Assembly (NCBI GenBank): GCA_013415565.1
Contig: JAAEET010000001.1
Coordinates: 1 to 63,979, forward strand
Length of the DNA: 63,979 nt
Source: Methanomicrobiales archaeon
GTDB lineage: Archaea > Halobacteriota > Methanomicrobia > Methanomicrobiales > Methanospirillaceae
Direction: 5' to 3'
In this document: piece after piece, positions 61,252 through 63,979 of the stretch
Position numbering within the stretch: position 1 is the stretch's first letter
Layout of the letters: the number at the start of each line of letters is the position of its first letter
The notes under the pieces: model-generated
Database searches by the model: none
What the model saw: the letters and a program-made list of their open reading frames with translations, nothing else
What the model was told of the DNA's origin: nothing
Translations under genes and position numbers: made by a program

Positions 61252-63114
61252 ATGAACCACCAGAACCACCTGCTCTGCCGGTATACAGGAGTGCTCAGCC
61301 TCCTCCTGATCCTTACCTGTATTCACTGCAGTACTGGTGCAGAGGTTCCCATAGAAGCGGTCCAGGAGTTTTCCGGATTCATTGAACCGGGCGAGGTCTA
61401 TAGCTATACCGTCCCGGGTCTCCTCCGGGGAGATATCCTGTATGTCTCCGCCATGGGCACTTCCGGAAACCTGGACCCGTTCGTCGCCGTTTCCGGTACC
61501 TCGCTTGATATCGGGAGGGTGCAGTCCGGGTACCAGGCGGCGGTTGACCGGGAGATTGCCGCCGGCCGCGATCCGCTCCTGGCCATCCCCGAGACGGCAG
61601 GCCGTTTCTTCGATGCCTGGGACGACGACAGTGGTCCCGGGTATTCTTCCGCGCTCTCCTACGAAGTACCGCGGAGCGGTGACTTCCAGGTGATCCTCTT
61701 TGACACCCCGGTCAGAGAAACATCCGGCGCATACCGTCTCCTCATCGGGATCAACGCTCCCGGCGTTCCAGACGGAACCGCCGTACCGACCGGCGACCGG
61801 ATTGCCGAGCTCAACCGATCCTATCCCGGCAATGGAGGATATGTCCAGGAGGTTGCCGGGAACCTCTCGCCCGGAAAATCCGGCGTCTTCTTGTTGAACC
61901 CGGTATTTGAAGGAGATATACTGTACATATTCCTGGAAGCCGGACCGGGCAGTATCCCTTCCCGGATCGTGCTCGAAGACTACGGGAACAAGCCCGTTGC
62001 GATCGGGGTTCCTGCCCCGGGAAGCCGGGTCATACCCCTCAAGTACACGTTTCCGGAACCGGGTGAAGGCTACCGGCTGATCATCGAGCAGTCTCCCGGA
62101 GCGAGCATGCCACTCCCGTATCGCCTTCTTGCCGGCATCAACGATCCCGGGGTGGTGTCCGGTGACGCAGAATCCAGGGGAAAGAAGGTATTTTCGGACC
62201 CGATAACCGTGTATATCGGCACCCAGCTCGACCAGATCACGGATGTCAACCAGAAGGAAGAGCACTACGGTATTGTTGCCACCATCTGGATGACCTGGAA
62301 GGATCCGGCGGTTGCCTTCAGCCCCGACACCTGCAACTGCAGTTTCAAAGTGTACCGGAGCATCTCCGAGTTTACCGGAGCAGAGGGATCCCGGTTCCCG
62401 GAATACACCCTGTTCAACCAGCAGGAACGGCGCTGGACCCAGAACGAGCTCGTCGTGGTGGAATCCGATGGCACCGTGACCTACTACGAGCGGTTCTGGG
62501 TTATCCTGCAGGCTCCGGATTTCGATTTCCGGAGATACCCGTTCGACGCCCAGGATTTCTATATCAGGGTCGACTCCCTCTATCCCGAGACCTACGTGGT
62601 CTATGCCCCCTGGGAAGAAAAGACGTCCATCGGCAGCCAGCTCGGGGAGGAGGAATGGGTGATCGTCTCATCGGATACCACTGTCAGTTCCGTCGAGGTT
62701 CTCGACACCAGTTCACGCTTTTCGTTCCATTTCGAGGCCGAGCGGCACCTGATGTACTACCTCTTCCGGATCTTCGTGCCGATCATCATCATCATCACCC
62801 TGACCTATATCCCCTTCCTGCTGGCCGACTACGGGAAGCGGGCGGATATTGCCGCGGCAAACCTGCTGCTCCTTGTCCTGTTCAGCTTCACCATCACGAG
62901 CGATCTTCCCCGCCTCGGGTACGTCACGTTCCTCGATATCATCATTGTCATGACGTTCATCGTCAGCGGATTCACCGTTGCCTACAACCTCTATCTCAAG
63001 TGGCTGGCCACCGAGAAAGGAATCCAGCTGGCCGAACGGATCGATCATATCATGGTCTGGTTCTATCCGGCGGCGTATGTCATAGCCATCATCGGTCTGG
63101 TTTTCTACCTGTAG
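61252..63114 (+). CDS. Pentameric ligand-gated ion channel with extra N-terminal domains (DeCLIC-like)
   Basis: Signal peptide; about 290 aa of extra beta-rich domains; W.DP; Pro-loop FDFRRYPFD.Q; EEW; pre-M1 R; four TM helices; LPRLGYVTFLD. Confidence 0.88.
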   Translation: MNHQNHLLCRYTGVLSLLLILTCIHCSTGAEVPIEAVQEFSGFIEPGEVYSYTVPGLLRGDILYVSAMGTSGNLDPFVAVSGTSLDIGRVQSGYQAAVDREIAAGRDPLLAIPETAGRFFDAWDDDSGPGYSSALSYEVPRSGDFQVILFDTPVRETSGAYRLLIGINAPGVPDGTAVPTGDRIAELNRSYPGNGGYVQEVAGNLSPGKSGVFLLNPVFEGDILYIFLEAGPGSIPSRIVLEDYGNKPVAIGVPAPGSRVIPLKYTFPEPGEGYRLIIEQSPGASMPLPYRLLAGINDPGVVSGDAESRGKKVFSDPITVYIGTQLDQITDVNQKEEHYGIVATIWMTWKDPAVAFSPDTCNCSFKVYRSISEFTGAEGSRFPEYTLFNQQERRWTQNELVVVESDGTVTYYERFWVILQAPDFDFRRYPFDAQDFYIRVDSLYPETYVVYAPWEEKTSIGSQLGEEEWVIVSSDTTVSSVEVLDTSSRFSFHFEAERHLMYYLFRIFVPIIIIITLTYIPFLLADYGKRADIAAANLLLLVLFSFTITSDLPRLGYVTFLDIIIVMTFIVSGFTVAYNLYLKWLATEKGIQLAERIDHIMVWFYPAAYVIAIIGLVFYL

Positions 63115-63264
63115 ATGAGGGCCGGTACCCGGGCCGAAGCTTTTTAGTCCATGGAGGATACCCCGCCGGGAGGACAGCTGATCGTTCCGGGAGACCGGCC
63201 TCCATGGGGGGAAAGATTCTTGGGATCCCGGCCGGTATACCCTCCCAAAGGAGGGGGGTGATGA

Positions 63265-63723
63265 ATGGCAAACCTCGTTGTCAGTATCGAATTTGACAGA
63301 AAAGAGTTTCCCCGGCGGCACACCTGTGACGGGGAGAATATCTCGCCCGAGATCTTCATCGAGAGGATCCGGTCCACGTTCCTGGCGATCATCCTGGAAG
63401 ACGTGACCGATACCGATAGACGGTTCGTCCAGTGGTGTATCTGGAACATCCCGGCACGGGAGACAATCCCGGAGAATATTCCCAAGGAACCGATTGTCAG
63501 CCGGCCGTTTGACGCTGTGCAGGGGAAGAACGACTTTCATACCATCGGGTATTACGGACCATGCCCGCAGAAAGGGGAGACCCATATGTATTACTTCAAC
63601 GTGTACGGGCTTGACAGTCCTCTGGACATCGAACCCGGCTCCACGGCCGACGTGCTGAGATCGGCCATGGAAGGGCACACCGTCCAGTACGGCGGGCAGG
63701 TCATCGCCAATTACACCCGCTGA
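63265..63723 (+). CDS. YbhB/YbcL PEBP-family protein
   Basis: TCDGENISP, WCIWNIP, QGKNDF, GYYGPCP, H.YYF.VY.LD. Confidence 0.9.
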   Translation: MANLVVSIEFDRKEFPRRHTCDGENISPEIFIERIRSTFLAIILEDVTDTDRRFVQWCIWNIPARETIPENIPKEPIVSRPFDAVQGKNDFHTIGYYGPCPQKGETHMYYFNVYGLDSPLDIEPGSTADVLRSAMEGHTVQYGGQVIANYTR

Positions 63724-63727
63724 CCTC

Positions 63728-63736
63728 TTTTTTTTT
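63728..63736 (+). terminator. Oligo-T archaeal terminator
   Basis: T run immediately after the stop codon at 63723. Confidence 0.5.
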
Positions 63737-63925
63737 ACCCGACATCGTTATCTTCTGGAACTATAGAGAGCCTGGAGACCGGTCAGACCAGGTATCGAAC
63801 GCCTGCAGGAGATCGGATTAACTCCCCGGCACAAACGAGCCGGCCACCGGGAATGGCAGAACAACGGGGGTTTTGGCTATCCGTCAGCAGTATGTCGGGA
63901 TGGTAAAAAAGGGAAGGTTCCGGGA

Positions 63926-63979
63926 TCAGGCTTTGCACCCTTCACCACGGTAGAGCGCCCACTCCTCGCAGCTGGTGCC
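63926..63979 (-). CDS. 3' end of DUF333-like protein, partial
   Basis: Reverse strand reads GTSCEEWALYRGEGCKA*, matching the CEEW.(Y/F)RG.C motif. Confidence 0.65.
   Translation of the reverse strand, partial: GTSCEEWALYRGEGCKA

Noticed and set aside
61087..63979. Integrated element at tRNA-Gly
   Set aside because: No integrase and no duplicated tRNA 3' end seen in the window; cannot be excluded beyond it
1..63979. Selenocysteine or pyrrolysine readthrough, or programmed frameshifts
   Set aside because: All recognised genes are complete in one frame; no truncated domain continues past a TGA or TAG

Overview
GC-rich archaeal chromosome segment. Gene content (split GMP synthase B subunit, RadA, FEN1, RPA, presenilin-like PSH, DUF1890/DUF1894, DapL, MutS1-MutL) points to a methanogen of the Methanomicrobiales; this is inferred, not searched. 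Most of the window is core metabolism: pyrG-guaB-subunit-argD, hisC, dapL-lysA-rpa-radA, a 2-oxoacid:ferredoxin oxidoreductase, a 14-gene tetrapyrrole/cobalamin operon (sirC-hemABLC-cobA-cbiTLFGHCDE), trkHA and tRNA-Gly(GCC). The most unusual items are: (1) a coupled operon of small protein, GT2 glycosyltransferase, TPR/winged-helix protein and a BrxD-like (DUF2791) ATPase, with no other BREX gene or helicase; (2) a DeCLIC-like pentameric ligand-gated ion channel next to tRNA-Gly; (3) a secreted protein made almost entirely of 13-aa Pro/Tyr repeats; (4) a MutY-like glycosylase with no Fe-S motif, Glu at the catalytic Asp position and a C-terminal wHTH; (5) an in-frame internally deleted glutamate dehydrogenase; (6) a perfect 11-bp inverted repeat upstream of tupA. 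No CRISPR array, transposase or integrase was seen. All family calls come from motif recognition by eye, not database searches.
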